This document shows positions 4,795-5,555 of a DNA stretch of 5,555 bases, one piece after another. Below the pieces are notes generated by a model, which made no database searches, was not told the origin of the DNA, and saw only the letters and a program-made list of their open reading frames with translations. The position numbers and the translations under genes are program-made. Source of the DNA: a virus; UHGV virus genome UHGV-1353861. One strand, given 5' to 3'. Within the stretch, counting starts at the first letter, position 1. Every line of letters begins with the position of its first letter.

Positions 4795-5555
4795 TCTGTT
4801 CTTGTCGGTTTTGAGCAAAATAATTAAATGGTCTATATCCGGATAGCCATTTTTTACAATCGGCCTCAGATACGTTTTCCATGTAGTTTCCTTGCTGATC
4901 GACTGCCATTAATTTTCCACTGGAGAGCTGTATCACACCGGACATTCTTGGAAAATCTGTGGGCTGCACCTGCGGAACATAATCAAAGTCATACGGTTTA
5001 TTAGGATTATAAGAAACCGTTTGTACAGTACCGCTAGAAGTCACAGAAGAACCACTTTTAGAAAGGTCATTAAACCATTTGACACATTCCGGCTTCTCTA
5101 CATTTTTGCCCTTTCTGCATTCAATATCAGGATCGAATTTTGAATTATTAGAAACTGAATTATCTGTTTTTTGATTTGCTTGAGTTTGTTCTTTTTCTAC
5201 TTTTTCGCCTGTCATACCTGATACAGCATTACGAGCCAATTTATCACCACCTGACTTTGTAAATAAGAAATATGCAGCAGACATTAAAACAATAATGGCA
5301 ATAATTGCATAAATAAACTTGCTTTGAATCTTAAAGTTAATGGAAGTATGAGCAGATGCACTTGTATACATATCCTGCCATTTCTTCTTATAGAAAAATT
5401 TATAGCTATCTTGATACTTCACTGACCTTTCAGAAGCAGCAGCTTGCCACGGATCGCGAAGCCATCTTTCAAATTCGTAGATAGTTGCAAAATTTGGTTT
5501 TTGAATTGGACGTTTAACCAGGTGCATTTTTTCAATCAGCATTCTGATTGCTTTG
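4739..5555 (-). CDS. C-terminal part (about 271 codons) of a Zot/pI-family protein; the ORF is open to the window end and is most likely the continuation of the pI gene that starts at 383
   Basis: There is no in-frame stop between the listed ATG (5542) and the window end, where KAIR precedes the M, and there is no SD upstream of 5542. The topology is a cytoplasmic segment, one TM (FIYAIIAIIVLMSAAYFLF) and an approximately 173-aa periplasmic domain, matching the C-terminal half of Zot/pI proteins. Joining position 5555 to position 1 keeps both partial ORFs in one frame through the junction codon AAC. The result is a single 399-aa protein. Confidence 0.55.
   Translation of the reverse strand, partial: KAIRMLIEKMHLVKRPIQKPNFATIYEFERWLRDPWQAAASERSVKYQDSYKFFYKKKWQDMYTSASAHTSINFKIQSKFIYAIIAIIVLMSAAYFLFTKSGGDKLARNAVSGMTGEKVEKEQTQANQKTDNSVSNNSKFDPDIECRKGKNVEKPECVKWFNDLSKSGSSVTSSGTVQTVSYNPNKPYDFDYVPQVQPTDFPRMSGVIQLSSGKLMAVDQQGNYMENVSEADCKKWLSGYRPFNYFAQNRQEQRERSAPEPMQTNPETSPL

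Overview
The window reads as a complete or near-complete minimal filamentous phage (Inoviridae-type) genome. Every convincing gene is on the minus strand in the canonical inovirus order (descending coordinates):

- rolling-circle Rep (pII-like) at 4462..3161
- gV-like ssDNA-binding protein at 2848..2612
- 60-aa membrane protein at 2582..2400
- major coat protein (pVIII-like) at 2384..2115
- pIII-like adsorption protein at 2022..667
- pVI-like protein at 670..383
- Zot/pI-type assembly ATPase, split across the window ends (N-terminus 383..1, C-terminus 5555..4739)

The two window ends join exactly in frame, so the sequence is most simply a circular ~5.55-kb genome, or one unit of a tandem prophage. 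There is no pIV secretin, integrase or recognisable dif-like attP.

Four things fall outside this gene map:

- A 62-aa ORF on the opposite strand sits in a 310-nt gap between rep and ssb. It has an Arc/CopG-like ribbon-helix-helix profile, lies next to operator-like repeats, and may be a regulatory switch.
- A conserved promoter motif (ATTGACAAYATGA..ATGACAACA) occurs upstream of both ssb and rep.
- A GC-rich intergenic region between pI and rep carries a perfect 11-bp inverted-repeat hairpin, a clustered GGGAGC/GCTCCC motif (four copies) and an AAAATGGG hairpin. These are candidate packaging signal and origin structures.
- Intrinsic-terminator-like hairpins sit after ssb and immediately in front of rep.

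All homology statements are by-eye motif recognition and need HMM or structure-based confirmation.
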